DNA from: Pseudomonas aeruginosa PAO1
Lineage (GTDB): Bacteria; Pseudomonadota; Gammaproteobacteria; Pseudomonadales; Pseudomonadaceae
Assembly (NCBI RefSeq): GCF_000006765.1
Contig: NC_002516.2
Length of the DNA: 64,000 nucleotides
Reading direction: 5' to 3' (one strand)
The notes under the pieces were generated by a model. The model did no database searches. It was not told where the DNA came from and was given only the letters and a program-made list of their open reading frames with translations. Below are positions 20,784 through 33,095 of the stretch, piece by piece (position 1 is the first letter of the stretch; each line of letters begins with the position of its first letter). The translations under genes were made by a program, and so were the position numbers.

Positions 20784-23303
20784 GTGGCCATATTTAGGAA
20801 AAAGTTCGACTTCGAGGTGTCCGTCTATTCCAGGTCTTCCTGTCTCGTGGCCTTGGGATTGGCTTTGCCTGCCGTAACCTTCGCGGTGGAATTCAACGCC
20901 GAGTTCCTGAACAACGAGGGCGGGGCGCCCGTTGAACTGAAGTATTTCGAGAACGGCAACTCGGTGTCGCCCGGCACTTACAGCGTCGACATTCATTTGA
21001 ACCAGATCATGATCCGGCGCGAAGATGTCGTGTTCAGTGCCGATTCCGAAACCGGAAGCGTCCGCCCGGTCATCCGGGTGGGGCTGCTCAAGGAGATTGG
21101 GGTCGATATTGCCCGGCTGACTCGGGACAAGCTCATTCCGGCCAACCTGGAAAACAATACGCCCCTGAATGTCGCCGAACTCATCCCTGGTGCATCCGTC
21201 GAGTTCGACGTCAACAGTCTTTCCCTGTTGGTCAGCATTCCACAGCTGTATGTACAGCGGCACTCGCGTGGCTATGTGGATCCCTCTCTTTGGGATGACG
21301 GTGTCACCGCGTTGTTTTCCAACTACCAGGCCAACTTCACGCGCAACACCAATTTTGGCCAGAACAGCGATTACCGCTACCTGGGCCTGCGCAATGGCTT
21401 CAACCTATTTGGCTGGCGCCTGCGCAACGACTCCTCCCTGAGCGGGGGTACCGGCATGCGCAACAAGTTCAGTAGCAACCGTACCTATGTGGAACGTGAC
21501 ATTCGTGCCCTGAAGGGGACCTTGTCCCTCGGTGAGTTGTATACCTCCGCTCAGGGGGATGCTTTCGAGAGCGTGCGTATGCGCGGCGTGCAACTGCAAT
21601 CCGATATCGGCATGCTGCCCGACAACGAGATCAGCTATACCCCGGTGGTGCGCGGTATCGCTGAAACCAATGCGACGGTCGAGGTGAGCCAGAATGGCTT
21701 CGTGATCTATTCCACCAACGTACCGCCCGGTGCGTTCGAGATCACCGACATCTATCCCAGCGGCTCCAATGGCGACCTAGAGGTCAAGATCATCGAGGCG
21801 GACGGACGCCAGCGGTCCTTCAAGCAGTCCTATTCCTACCTGCCGGTCATGACCCGCAAGGGGAACCTGCGCTATGGCCTGGCCGCCGGTGAATACCATA
21901 ATGACGGCCAGCCGTCGGTCAACCTGCTCCAGGGATCGGCTGTGTATGGCTTGTCCGACAGGGTTACCGGCTTTGGCGGCCTGCTGGCTGCCGAGAAGTA
22001 CAATGCCACCAACCTGGGCCTCGGCTTCAACACGCCCCTGGGCGGTCTTTCTGCGGACGTGACCCATAGCCAGTCCCGCACGCGACGGGGTGGGCGCAAC
22101 CAGGGGCAGAGTCTGCGGCTTCTCTATTCCAAGACCATCAACGCCACCGAAACCAGCTTTACCGTGGTGGGCTATCGCTATTCCACGGAAGGCTACCGTA
22201 CTCTCAGCCAGCATATCGACGACATGTCCGACGAGAGCTACCTCTATGGCTCAAGTTCCAGTCGGCAGAAGAGCCGCATAGACCTGACGGTGAACCAGAC
22301 GCTGTTCCGACGCAGTTCGCTCTATCTCACGGCGGGCGAAACCACATATTGGAATCGCCCCGGCAGCAGCCGTCGCGTGCAGTTCGGCTTCAGCAGCGGC
22401 ATCAAGCGCGCGAGCTACAGCCTGGCGGTTTCCCGTACCCAGGAGACGGGGTCGTTCGGGCGCTCCGATACCCAGTTCACGGCCTCCGTCAGCATCCCCT
22501 TGGGCGGTAGCGCACGCTCCAGTCAGGTATATGCCAATGCCGTGAGTTCACAGCATGGTGATTCGAGTCTGAACACCGGTATCTCCGGATACCTGGATGA
22601 AGCCAATGCGTTCAACTACAGCGCACAGGCCAACTACAGCAAGGACGGCGGCAACTCCGGCAGCGTCGGCCTGGGTTGGGACACGTCCAAGGCCAAGTTG
22701 TCCGCCAATTACAGCCAGGGGCGCGACAACAAGCAGATCAACCTGGGAGCAAGCGGTTCGGTAGTGGTGCATCCGGGGGGAGTGACCTTCGGCCAGCCGG
22801 TGGGGGAAACGTTCGGCCTGGTGGAGGTTCCGGAGGTCGGCGGCGTCGGCCTCGACGGCTACTCTTCGGTTCGCACCGACGGCCGTGGCTATGCCGTGCT
22901 CCCCTACATGCAACCCTATCGTTACAACTGGGTGAACCTGGATACCAATACCCTTGGAAGCGATACCGAGATCAGCGACAGCACGCAAATGGCCGTGCCG
23001 ACCCGGGGCGCCGTGATCGCCAAGCGTTTCTCCGCGGAGTCCGGTCGGCGGGTGCAGTTCGACCTGAGCATGGACTCTGGAGGAAAGATTCCCTTCGGTG
23101 CACAGGCATACGACAAGGAAGAGCGGGTCGTGGGAATGGTCGACAACCTGTCCCGTTTGCTGGTGTTCGGTATTGAGGACCAGGGGCGCCTGTCCATTCG
23201 CTGGAGCGATGGCTCCTGTTCCGTCGACTATCAGTTGCCGCCCAGGAACAAGGACCTGACTTACGAACGAGTTGCGCTCAGTTGCCGTCGGTCCTCGATC
23301 TGA
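20784..23303 (+). CDS. cupC3: Fimbrial usher CupC3 (GTG 20784 probable start)
   Basis: VEFNAEFL N-terminus, GYVDPSLWDDG, plug and beta-barrel motifs, C-terminal Cys pair. Confidence 0.93.
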   Translation: MAIFRKKFDFEVSVYSRSSCLVALGLALPAVTFAVEFNAEFLNNEGGAPVELKYFENGNSVSPGTYSVDIHLNQIMIRREDVVFSADSETGSVRPVIRVGLLKEIGVDIARLTRDKLIPANLENNTPLNVAELIPGASVEFDVNSLSLLVSIPQLYVQRHSRGYVDPSLWDDGVTALFSNYQANFTRNTNFGQNSDYRYLGLRNGFNLFGWRLRNDSSLSGGTGMRNKFSSNRTYVERDIRALKGTLSLGELYTSAQGDAFESVRMRGVQLQSDIGMLPDNEISYTPVVRGIAETNATVEVSQNGFVIYSTNVPPGAFEITDIYPSGSNGDLEVKIIEADGRQRSFKQSYSYLPVMTRKGNLRYGLAAGEYHNDGQPSVNLLQGSAVYGLSDRVTGFGGLLAAEKYNATNLGLGFNTPLGGLSADVTHSQSRTRRGGRNQGQSLRLLYSKTINATETSFTVVGYRYSTEGYRTLSQHIDDMSDESYLYGSSSSRQKSRIDLTVNQTLFRRSSLYLTAGETTYWNRPGSSRRVQFGFSSGIKRASYSLAVSRTQETGSFGRSDTQFTASVSIPLGGSARSSQVYANAVSSQHGDSSLNTGISGYLDEANAFNYSAQANYSKDGGNSGSVGLGWDTSKAKLSANYSQGRDNKQINLGASGSVVVHPGGVTFGQPVGETFGLVEVPEVGGVGLDGYSSVRTDGRGYAVLPYMQPYRYNWVNLDTNTLGSDTEISDSTQMAVPTRGAVIAKRFSAESGRRVQFDLSMDSGGKIPFGAQAYDKEERVVGMVDNLSRLLVFGIEDQGRLSIRWSDGSCSVDYQLPPRNKDLTYERVALSCRRSSI

Positions 23304-23382
23304 AATGTCACCGCTGCAGTCGGGTCAAGTCAAAAGGCGAGGATTTTTCCGGTGAACACCGGGCGCGAGGGCAAGCGGCAGC

Positions 23383-23904
23383 TCACTCGTCCTCGATCAT
23401 GCTCAACAGGTCTGGTGTCCTGCCTCGGGTTTCCAAACGCAGCAACCACTGCTTGGCGGCCAACCCACCGGCGAAACCGGTGAGGCCGCCAGAGGCTCCG
23501 ATCACCCTATGGCAAGGTGCAACAATGGACAGTGGGTTCCGTCCGTTGGCGGCTCCAACCGCCCGTACTGCGTTGGGGCTGCCGATCTGCACGGCTATTT
23601 CCGTATAGCTGCGGGTCTCGCCGAATGGAATGGTGAGCAGGGCGGACCAGACCTTTTTCTGAAATTCGGTACCTTGGAAGTCGAGCGGGAGTTCGAACCG
23701 GGAACGTTTGCCGGAAAAATATTCCCGCAACTGGCGTTCGGTTTCCGCCAGGAGGGAGCTGTCCTCGGAGAGCCGCATCTCGTCCAGCGGTACTCGGTTG
23801 GGACGCTCATGCTGCCAAAGAATCGCGACCAGAAAGGCATCGTCCCTGGCTACCAGGGTCAGTGTCCCGACCGGCGATTCCATTTTCCTGTAGCTATGGG
23901 GCAT
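23383..23904 (-). CDS. ogt: Methylated-DNA-protein-cysteine methyltransferase
   Basis: PCHR active site; RAVGAANGRNP HTH motif. Confidence 0.93.
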   Translation of the reverse strand: MPHSYRKMESPVGTLTLVARDDAFLVAILWQHERPNRVPLDEMRLSEDSSLLAETERQLREYFSGKRSRFELPLDFQGTEFQKKVWSALLTIPFGETRSYTEIAVQIGSPNAVRAVGAANGRNPLSIVAPCHRVIGASGGLTGFAGGLAAKQWLLRLETRGRTPDLLSMIEDE

Positions 23905-24072
23905 GTAGGTGTCCTCTTCGGCAGGCTCGCCCAGTGTACTACGCAATGGGATTTCAACAGGGAAGCCTGCAAATGGCAGGCGAGGCGGGGCGGAGCGCTA
24001 TCGGCCCGATGGATGGCCGCCTGCTTCCAGGCATGCCGTCGCCCCCTTGGAGCCCAGGCCGAGCGCCTCGAA

Positions 24073-24088
24073 CTGTGAGATTTGGGAG
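24073..24088 (+). promoter_or_regulatory. RhlR (las/rhl) box upstream of pqsA
   Basis: CTGTGAGATTTGGGAG fits CT-N12-AG; matches the established repressing site. Confidence 0.8.
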
Positions 24089-24339
24089 GCGATTTGCCGA
24101 GCAAAGTGGGTTGTCATTGGTTTGCCATCTCATGGGTTCGGACGAGGCCTCGAGCAAGGGTTGTAACGGTTTTTGTCTGGCCAATGGGCTCTTGCGTAAA
24201 AAGGCTGCCGCCCTTCTTGCTTGGTTGCCGTTCTCGGATCCCGCGCAGCCCGGTGGGTGTGCCAAATTTCTCGCGGTTTGGATCGCGCCGATTGCCGCGG
24301 CCTACGAAGCCCGTGGTTCTTCTCCCCGAAACTTTTTCG

Positions 24340-24352
24340 TTCGGACTCCGAA
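24340..24352 (+). promoter_or_regulatory. PqsR/MvfR LysR box
   Basis: TTCGGACTCCGAA, a T-N11-A dyad upstream of pqsA. Confidence 0.9.
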
Positions 24353-24461
24353 TATCGCGCTTCGCCCAGCGCCGCTAGTTTCCCGTTCCTGACAAAGCAA
24401 GCGCTCTGGCTCAGGTATCTCCTGATCCGGATGCATATCGCTGAAGAGGGAACGTTCTGTC

Positions 24462-26015
24462 ATGTCCACATTGGCCAACCTGACCGAGGTTCTGTTCCGC
24501 CTCGATTTCGATCCCGATACCGCCGTTTATCACTATCGGGGCCAGACTCTCAGCCGGCTGCAATGCCGGACCTACATTCTCTCCCAGGCCAGCCAACTGG
24601 CCCGCCTGCTCAAGCCCGGCGATCGCGTGGTGCTGGCGTTGAACGACTCGCCTTCGCTGGCCTGCCTGTTCCTGGCCTGCATCGCGGTCGGCGCCATTCC
24701 CGCCGTGATCAATCCCAAGTCCCGCGAGCAGGCCCTGGCCGATATCGCTGCCGACTGCCAGGCCAGCCTGGTGGTGCGTGAAGCCGATGCACCGTCGCTG
24801 AGCGGTCCTTTGGCGCCGTTGACCCTGCGTGCGGCCGCCGGACGCCCTTTGCTCGACGATTTCTCGCTGGACGCGCTGGTCGGCCCTGCGGACCTCGATT
24901 GGAGTGCCTTCCATCGCCAGGACCCGGCGGCAGCCTGTTTCCTGCAATACACCTCGGGTTCCACCGGGGCGCCCAAGGGGGTGATGCACAGCCTGCGCAA
25001 CACGCTCGGTTTCTGCCGGGCGTTCGCTACGGAGTTGCTGGCATTGCAGGCGGGAGACCGGCTGTATTCGATTCCCAAGATGTTCTTCGGCTATGGCATG
25101 GGCAACAGCCTGTTCTTTCCCTGGTTCAGCGGAGCCTCGGCGCTGCTCGACGATACCTGGCCGAGCCCGGAGCGGGTTCTGGAGAACCTGGTCGCCTTCC
25201 GCCCCCGGGTCCTGTTTGGGGTGCCGGCCATCTATGCCTCGCTGCGTCCGCAGGCCAGGGAGCTGTTGAGCAGCGTGCGCCTGGCGTTTTCCGCCGGCTC
25301 GCCGCTGCCGCGCGGCGAGTTCGAATTCTGGGCCGCGCACGGGCTGGAGATCTGCGACGGCATCGGGGCTACCGAGGTCGGCCATGTGTTCCTCGCCAAC
25401 CGCCCGGGCCAGGCGCGTGCCGACAGCACCGGGCTGCCGTTGCCTGGCTATGAGTGCCGGCTGGTGGACCGCGAAGGACACACTATCGAGGAAGCGGGCC
25501 GGCAAGGCGTGCTGTTGGTGCGTGGCCCAGGGCTGAGTCCGGGTTACTGGCGGGCCAGCGAAGAGCAGCAGGCGCGCTTCGCAGGTGGCTGGTACCGCAC
25601 CGGCGACCTGTTCGAGCGCGACGAGTCGGGTGCCTACCGTCACTGTGGGCGGGAAGACGATCTGTTCAAGGTGAATGGCCGCTGGGTGGTGCCGACCCAG
25701 GTCGAGCAGGCGATCTGCCGTCATCTGCCGGAAGTGAGCGAGGCGGTTCTGGTTCCTACCTGCCGGCTGCACGACGGCTTGCGTCCGACCCTGTTCGTCA
25801 CCCTGGCCACTCCGCTGGACGACAACCAGATCCTGCTGGCGCAGCGCATCGACCAGCATCTCGCCGAACAGATTCCCTCGCACATGCTGCCCAGCCAATT
25901 GCATGTGCTGCCGGCCTTGCCGCGCAACGACAACGGCAAGTTGGCGCGCGCCGAGCTGCGCCACCTGGCCGACACCCTTTATCACGACAACCTTCCGGAG
26001 GAACGGGCATGTTGA
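24462..26015 (+). CDS. pqsA: Anthranilate-CoA ligase PqsA
   Basis: AMP-binding motif YTSGSTGAPKG, YRTGD; locus context. Confidence 0.97.
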   Translation: MSTLANLTEVLFRLDFDPDTAVYHYRGQTLSRLQCRTYILSQASQLARLLKPGDRVVLALNDSPSLACLFLACIAVGAIPAVINPKSREQALADIAADCQASLVVREADAPSLSGPLAPLTLRAAAGRPLLDDFSLDALVGPADLDWSAFHRQDPAAACFLQYTSGSTGAPKGVMHSLRNTLGFCRAFATELLALQAGDRLYSIPKMFFGYGMGNSLFFPWFSGASALLDDTWPSPERVLENLVAFRPRVLFGVPAIYASLRPQARELLSSVRLAFSAGSPLPRGEFEFWAAHGLEICDGIGATEVGHVFLANRPGQARADSTGLPLPGYECRLVDREGHTIEEAGRQGVLLVRGPGLSPGYWRASEEQQARFAGGWYRTGDLFERDESGAYRHCGREDDLFKVNGRWVVPTQVEQAICRHLPEVSEAVLVPTCRLHDGLRPTLFVTLATPLDDNQILLAQRIDQHLAEQIPSHMLPSQLHVLPALPRNDNGKLARAELRHLADTLYHDNLPEERAC

Positions 26016-26860
26016 TTCAGGCTGTGGGGGTGAACCTGCCCCCATCCTATGTGTGTCTGGAGGGGCCGCTGGGAGGCGAACGCCCTCGCGCCCAGGGCGA
26101 CGAGATGCTGATGCAGCGCTTGCTGCCGGCGGTTCGCGAAGCCCTGGACGAGGCGGCGGTCAAGCCCGAGGAGATCGACCTGATCGTCGGCCTCGCCCTG
26201 TCTCCCGACCATCTGATCGAGAACCGCGACATCATGGCGCCGAAGATCGGCCATCCGTTGCAGAAGGTCCTCGGCGCGAATCGCGCGCATGTCTTCGACC
26301 TCACCGACTCGAGCCTGGCCCGCGCCCTCTACGTGGTCGATACCCTCGCCAGCGACCAGGGCTATCGCAACGTCCTGGTCGTGCGCGGCGAATCCAGCCA
26401 GGGATTGGAAGTGGACAGCGAGTCCGGCTTCGCCCTTGCCGACGGCGCCCTGGCGCTGCTCTGCCGGCCGACCGGCAAGGCCGCGTTCCGTCGCGGTGCG
26501 CTGGGCGGTGATCCGGCGCAGGAATGGCTGCCGCTGAGCATTCCGCTGAATACCGATATTCGCCAGGTAGGCGACGTCAAGGGACACCTCAACCTGCCGG
26601 CCCAACCTGGATTGCCCGAAGCGGTACGCGCCGGATTCACCCGTCTGGCCGGGGACTTCCCGCAACTGAACTGGGTGCGCGAGGAATGGTTCGGCCAGGG
26701 ACGGCCCGATGGTCGTTGCCTGGGGCCGTTCGAACTGGCGTCGCAACTGCGCGCGGCACAGCGCGACCGTCTGGATGAACTGCTGCTGATCAGCTTCGAT
26801 CCGTTCGGCATGGTGGTGGAGGGCGTGACCCTGGAACTGGCGGGAGAAGCTCATGCATAA
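26009..26860 (+). CDS. pqsB: PqsB (FabH-like, non-catalytic partner)
   Basis: MLIQAVGVNLPP start overlapping the pqsA end. Confidence 0.95.
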   Translation: MLIQAVGVNLPPSYVCLEGPLGGERPRAQGDEMLMQRLLPAVREALDEAAVKPEEIDLIVGLALSPDHLIENRDIMAPKIGHPLQKVLGANRAHVFDLTDSSLARALYVVDTLASDQGYRNVLVVRGESSQGLEVDSESGFALADGALALLCRPTGKAAFRRGALGGDPAQEWLPLSIPLNTDIRQVGDVKGHLNLPAQPGLPEAVRAGFTRLAGDFPQLNWVREEWFGQGRPDGRCLGPFELASQLRAAQRDRLDELLLISFDPFGMVVEGVTLELAGEAHA

Positions 26861-27899
26861 GGTCAAACTGGCAGCGATCACCTGTGAACTTCCGGCTCGC
26901 AGCTACGAAAACGACGATCCGGTGTTCGCTGCGGTACCGGACCTCAGCGAGTCCTGGTGGCAATTCTGGGGCGTCAATCGGCGGGGCTATTTCGACCCGC
27001 GGAACGGCGAGAACGAGTTCAGCCTGGTGGTCCGGGCCGCCGAGCGCCTGCTGCGTAGCAGCGATACCGCGCCGGATAGCGTGGACATGCTGATCTGTTC
27101 GGCTTCCTCGCCGATCATGACCGACGCCGGCGATGTCCTGCCGGACCTGCGCGGACGTCTCTACCCGCGCATGGCCAACGTGCTGTCCAAGCAGCTCGGC
27201 CTGAGTCGGGCGCTGCCATTGGATTCGCAGATGGAGTGCGCCAGCTTCCTGCTCAACCTGCGCCTGGCAGCGAGCATGATCCGCCAGGGTAAGGCCGAGA
27301 AAGTGCTGGTGGTGTGCAGCGAGTACATCTCCAACCTGCTCGACTTCACCTCGCGTACCTCGACCCTGTTCGCCGATGGCTGCGCGGTGGCCCTGCTGAC
27401 CCGCGGCGACGATGACAGCTGCGACCTGCTGGCTTCGGCCGAACACAGCGACGCTACGTTCTATGAAGTGGCCACCGGTCGCTGGCGCCTGCCGGAAAAC
27501 CCGACCGGCGAGGCCAAGCCGCGGCTTTATTTCTCGTTGTTCAGCGACGGCCAGAACAAGATGGCCAGCTTCGTTCCGACCAACGTGCCGATCGCGATGC
27601 GCCGGGCGTTGGAAAAGGCCGGCCTGGGCAGCGATGACATCGATTATTTCGTCTTCCACCAGCCAGCGCCGTTCCTGGTCAAGGCCTGGGCCGAGGGCAT
27701 CGGTGCCCGTCCTGAGCAGTACCAACTGACGATGGGCGATACCGGCGTGATGATCTCCGTTTCCATCCCGTACACCCTGATGACCGGCCTGCGCGAGGGC
27801 AAGATCCGCCCCGGCGATCGTATCGTCATGGCCGGCGCAGCCACTGGCTGGGGGTTCGCCGCCCAGGTCTGGCAATTGGGTGAGGTGCTGGTGTGCTGA
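26853..27899 (+). CDS. pqsC: PqsC (FabH-like condensing enzyme)
   Basis: MECASF catalytic Cys; VFHQP His. Confidence 0.96.
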   Translation: MHKVKLAAITCELPARSYENDDPVFAAVPDLSESWWQFWGVNRRGYFDPRNGENEFSLVVRAAERLLRSSDTAPDSVDMLICSASSPIMTDAGDVLPDLRGRLYPRMANVLSKQLGLSRALPLDSQMECASFLLNLRLAASMIRQGKAEKVLVVCSEYISNLLDFTSRTSTLFADGCAVALLTRGDDDSCDLLASAEHSDATFYEVATGRWRLPENPTGEAKPRLYFSLFSDGQNKMASFVPTNVPIAMRRALEKAGLGSDDIDYFVFHQPAPFLVKAWAEGIGARPEQYQLTMGDTGVMISVSIPYTLMTGLREGKIRPGDRIVMAGAATGWGFAAQVWQLGEVLVC

Positions 27900-27941
27900 G
27901 GCATCGCCATGTTGAACCACGGTGTCCGAGGAGGGCTGCAC

Positions 27942-29854
<1,913 letters not shown>

Positions 29855-29971
29855 GACGGGACATCCATTGCGGCGATCGCCGCCGACGGCAGCGGTCGCA
29901 ATTGGGGGAAAAGGGGGGTTACCGATGATGAACATGCCGTTGCGCGCTAGCGTCGCGCAGGCCAGTCGCCC

Positions 29972-31564
29972 ATGGGCGCGAGGAGGTGGCTCGTGAGCGG
30001 GGTTGGCTATCGACTGGAAGAAAGTCTGGAGTACCGCACGCTGGTGCCGGAGGCGCTGTCGATCTGGCGCATGGCCGGCGCCAACCGGATGCTGTTCGAC
30101 TGCTTCGACGTGGACAGCAAGGCTGCGCGGCGTAGCGTGGCGATCCTTTCCAGCTGCCTGCGCATCGAGTGCTGGGGGCGCGATGTGGTGCTGCGGGCGT
30201 TGAACTCCAACGGACGCGCCTTGCTGGCGCCGTTGAGCGAGGACTGTCCGGCCCAGGTCACCTGCTTGCGTGACGGCGACACCCTGCACTGGCGCTTCCC
30301 CCAGGAAGAGTCGCATGCGGACGAGTGGCGACGCCTGCATGGCCTGTCCAGCCTGGAGGCGCTGCGCCGCGTGCTCGGAACGCTGGGCGACGCGGAGGGG
30401 CCCGTGCTGCTGGGCGGCCTGTTCAGCTTCGACCTGGCCGAGCAGTTCGAACCCTTGCCGGCGCCGGCCGAACCTGCGCGGCATTGCCCGGACTACCTGT
30501 TCCTGGTGCCGGAGTTGCTGCTGGACATCGATCACCTGGCGCGCCGGACTTCGCTGCAGGCGTTCGTCCACGATCCGGCCGGGCACGACCGGTTGGCCGC
30601 CAGCCTGCGCCAGTGTGCCGACGAATTCCATGGCGCCGTGGAGGAGGCTTCCGAGTCGCCGGTGGCAGGCGTACGGGCCGGCAACTACCAGGTCGACCTG
30701 GACGATGCGAGCTTTGCCCGCCAGGTAGAGCGCCTGCAGGCCCACGTGAGGGCCGGCGACGTGTTCCAGATCGTACCGTCGCGCAGCTTCAGCATGCCGT
30801 GTGCGGACCCCTGGCGGGCCTATCGCCAGTTGTGCCTGCGCAACCCCAGCCCGTACCGCTTCTTCCTCGATGCGGGGGACTTCTGCCTGTTCGGCGCTTC
30901 GCCGGAGTCGGCATTGAAGTACGACGCGGAGAGTCGCGAGGTGGAACTCTATCCCATCGCCGGCACCCGCCCGCGCGGACGCGATGCCCGGGGCGCCATC
31001 GATGCGGAACTGGACAATCGCCTGGAAGCGGAGTTGCGCCTGGACGCCAAGGAGATCGCCGAGCACATGATGCTGGTCGACCTGGCGCGCAACGATCTGG
31101 CGCGGGTCTGCCGCAGCGGTACGCGGCAGGTGCGCGACATGCTCAAGGTCGATCGCTACAGCCACGTGATGCACCTGGTCTCGCGCGTGGCTGGCGAACT
31201 GCATGGCGAACTGGATGCGCTGCATGCCTACCGTGCCTGCCTGAACATGGGCACCTTGGTCGGTGCGCCGAAGGTCCGTGCCATGCAGTTGCTGCGGCAG
31301 TACGAAGATGGCTATCGCGGCAGCTACGGTGGCGCGATCGGCATTCTCGACAGCGCCGGCAACCTCGATACCAGCATCGTCATCCGCTCCGCCGAGGTCC
31401 GCGAAGGTATCGCCCGGGTCCGGGCAGGCGCCGGCGTGGTGCTGGATTCGGATCCACGGCTGGAGGCCGAGGAAACCCGCAACAAGGCGCTGGCGGTGCT
31501 GACCGCCGTGGCCGCTGCCGAACGCGAAAGGGGAGAGCGCGATGCGCATCACGCTGTTGGATAA
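29972..31564 (+). CDS. phnA: Anthranilate synthase component I PhnA (alternative start GTG 29993)
   Basis: TrpE motifs NPSPY, GASPE, PIAGTRPRG, KEIAEHMMLVDLARND. Confidence 0.96.
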   Translation: MGARRWLVSGVGYRLEESLEYRTLVPEALSIWRMAGANRMLFDCFDVDSKAARRSVAILSSCLRIECWGRDVVLRALNSNGRALLAPLSEDCPAQVTCLRDGDTLHWRFPQEESHADEWRRLHGLSSLEALRRVLGTLGDAEGPVLLGGLFSFDLAEQFEPLPAPAEPARHCPDYLFLVPELLLDIDHLARRTSLQAFVHDPAGHDRLAASLRQCADEFHGAVEEASESPVAGVRAGNYQVDLDDASFARQVERLQAHVRAGDVFQIVPSRSFSMPCADPWRAYRQLCLRNPSPYRFFLDAGDFCLFGASPESALKYDAESREVELYPIAGTRPRGRDARGAIDAELDNRLEAELRLDAKEIAEHMMLVDLARNDLARVCRSGTRQVRDMLKVDRYSHVMHLVSRVAGELHGELDALHAYRACLNMGTLVGAPKVRAMQLLRQYEDGYRGSYGGAIGILDSAGNLDTSIVIRSAEVREGIARVRAGAGVVLDSDPRLEAEETRNKALAVLTAVAAAERERGERDAHHAVG

Positions 31565-32144
31565 CTTCGATTCCTTCACCTACAACCTGGTCGAGCAGTT
31601 CTGCCTGCTCGGCGCGGAGGTCCGGGTGATGCGCAACGATACGCCGTTGCCGACGATCCAGGCGGCATTGCTGGCCGACGGTTGCGAACTGCTGGTGCTG
31701 TCGCCGGGGCCCGGTCGGCCGGAAGACGCCGGCTGCATGCTGGAATTGCTCGCCTGGGCCCGCGGGCGCTTGCCGGTGCTCGGCGTCTGCCTCGGCCACC
31801 AGGCGCTGGCGCTGGCCGCCGGTGGCGCGGTGGGCGAGGCGAGGAAGCCGCTGCACGGCAAGAGCACGTCCCTGCGTTTCGATCAGCGTCACCCGCTGTT
31901 CGACGGCATCGCTGACCTGCGCGTCGCGCGCTACCACTCGCTGGTGGTCAGTCGCCTGCCGGAAGGTTTCGACTGCCTGGCCGATGCCGATGGCGAGATC
32001 ATGGCGATGGCCGATCCGCGCAATCGACAGCTGGGCTTGCAGTTCCATCCCGAGTCGATTCTCACCACCCACGGCCAGCGTCTGCTGGAGAACGCTCTAC
32101 TCTGGTGCGGCGCGCTGGCGGTACGCGAGCGCCTTCGGGCCTGA
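31542..32144 (+). CDS. phnB: Anthranilate synthase component II PhnB
   Basis: GATase motifs LSPGPG, GVCLGHQ, QFHPES. Confidence 0.96.
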   Translation: MRITLLDNFDSFTYNLVEQFCLLGAEVRVMRNDTPLPTIQAALLADGCELLVLSPGPGRPEDAGCMLELLAWARGRLPVLGVCLGHQALALAAGGAVGEARKPLHGKSTSLRFDQRHPLFDGIADLRVARYHSLVVSRLPEGFDCLADADGEIMAMADPRNRQLGLQFHPESILTTHGQRLLENALLWCGALAVRERLRA

Positions 32145-33095
32145 GCGGCGCTGCGCCGTTTCGACGATGCTCGGTTGCCAGGCCGGCGCATCGTCGAAAC
32201 GCTGGCGGCCGAGTTCGCGCAGGCGCTGGCGGGCGCTTTCGAGAAAGCGCAGGAAGCTGCGCTCGGATTCCAGCGCGGTGTTGTAGTAGCAATACACCTT
32301 GGTGTCGATGCCGCCCGGTTCGTAGAGTTCGCTGAGGACTGCCAGGGTACCGTTGCGCAGGCGTTCCTCGACGAAATAATGCGGCGCGATGCCCCATCCG
32401 ACGCCGGCTTCCACCAGACGCAGCATGTCGTCGAAGTTTTCCACGAAGAGCACCTTGTCGCTGACCGGCCGCAGCAGGTTCGAATGCTGCCCGGAGCGGC
32501 TGCCGAGGCTGATCTGCCGGTAATTGGCCAGGCTCGCGATGCTGTGCAGGGAGGCATTGCACAACGGGTGCTGCGGATGGGCGACGACGAACGCCTTGGT
32601 GTAGCCGAGCACGCACTGGTTGAAGCGGGAGATCTTCAGTTCCTCGTCGATGGTGATGGCGATATCGATTTCCGCGTTGTCCTGCTTGATCGTCGCCAGG
32701 CTATCGGCGGGCGAGGTGCGTATCAGGCTGACCATGTTGAAATCGTCGAGCAGTACGCTGCTCACCGTATCGCAGAACGACGGCGGGATGGCGGTGTCCA
32801 GCAGCACCCGGAGATTGCGCGGACCCTTGTTGAGATTGAAGGCGATGTCGCCGATCAGCTGCTGGTAGTTCAGCAGGCTGCGCATGTAAGGGATCAGGCG
32901 AAGCGCCTGCTCGGTGGGTTCGACCTTGTAGCCGTCCCGACGGACCAGCTCCACGCACAGGTCGATTTCCAGGTTGCTGACCGCCGAGCTGACCGCGGTG
33001 TGCGACTTGCGCAGGATCCGCGCAGCGGAGGAAATCGAACCGGAGGCGATGACCTGGAGGAACATGTTCACGTGATTCAGGTTATGAATAGGCAT
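32097..33095 (-). CDS. mvfR: LysR regulator MvfR/PqsR
   Basis: LysR N-terminal HTH (ISSAARIL...VSSAVSNLE); convergent with phnB. Confidence 0.97.
   Translation of the reverse strand: MPIHNLNHVNMFLQVIASGSISSAARILRKSHTAVSSAVSNLEIDLCVELVRRDGYKVEPTEQALRLIPYMRSLLNYQQLIGDIAFNLNKGPRNLRVLLDTAIPPSFCDTVSSVLLDDFNMVSLIRTSPADSLATIKQDNAEIDIAITIDEELKISRFNQCVLGYTKAFVVAHPQHPLCNASLHSIASLANYRQISLGSRSGQHSNLLRPVSDKVLFVENFDDMLRLVEAGVGWGIAPHYFVEERLRNGTLAVLSELYEPGGIDTKVYCYYNTALESERSFLRFLESARQRLRELGRQRFDDAPAWQPSIVETAQRRSGPKALAYRQRAAPE

Noticed and set aside
29885-29925. GGGGGAAAAGGGGGG run and imperfect hairpin between pqsE and phnA
   Set aside because: Only two G tracts, so not an intramolecular quadruplex; the hairpin lacks a T tail. 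Probably an ordinary intercistronic structure.
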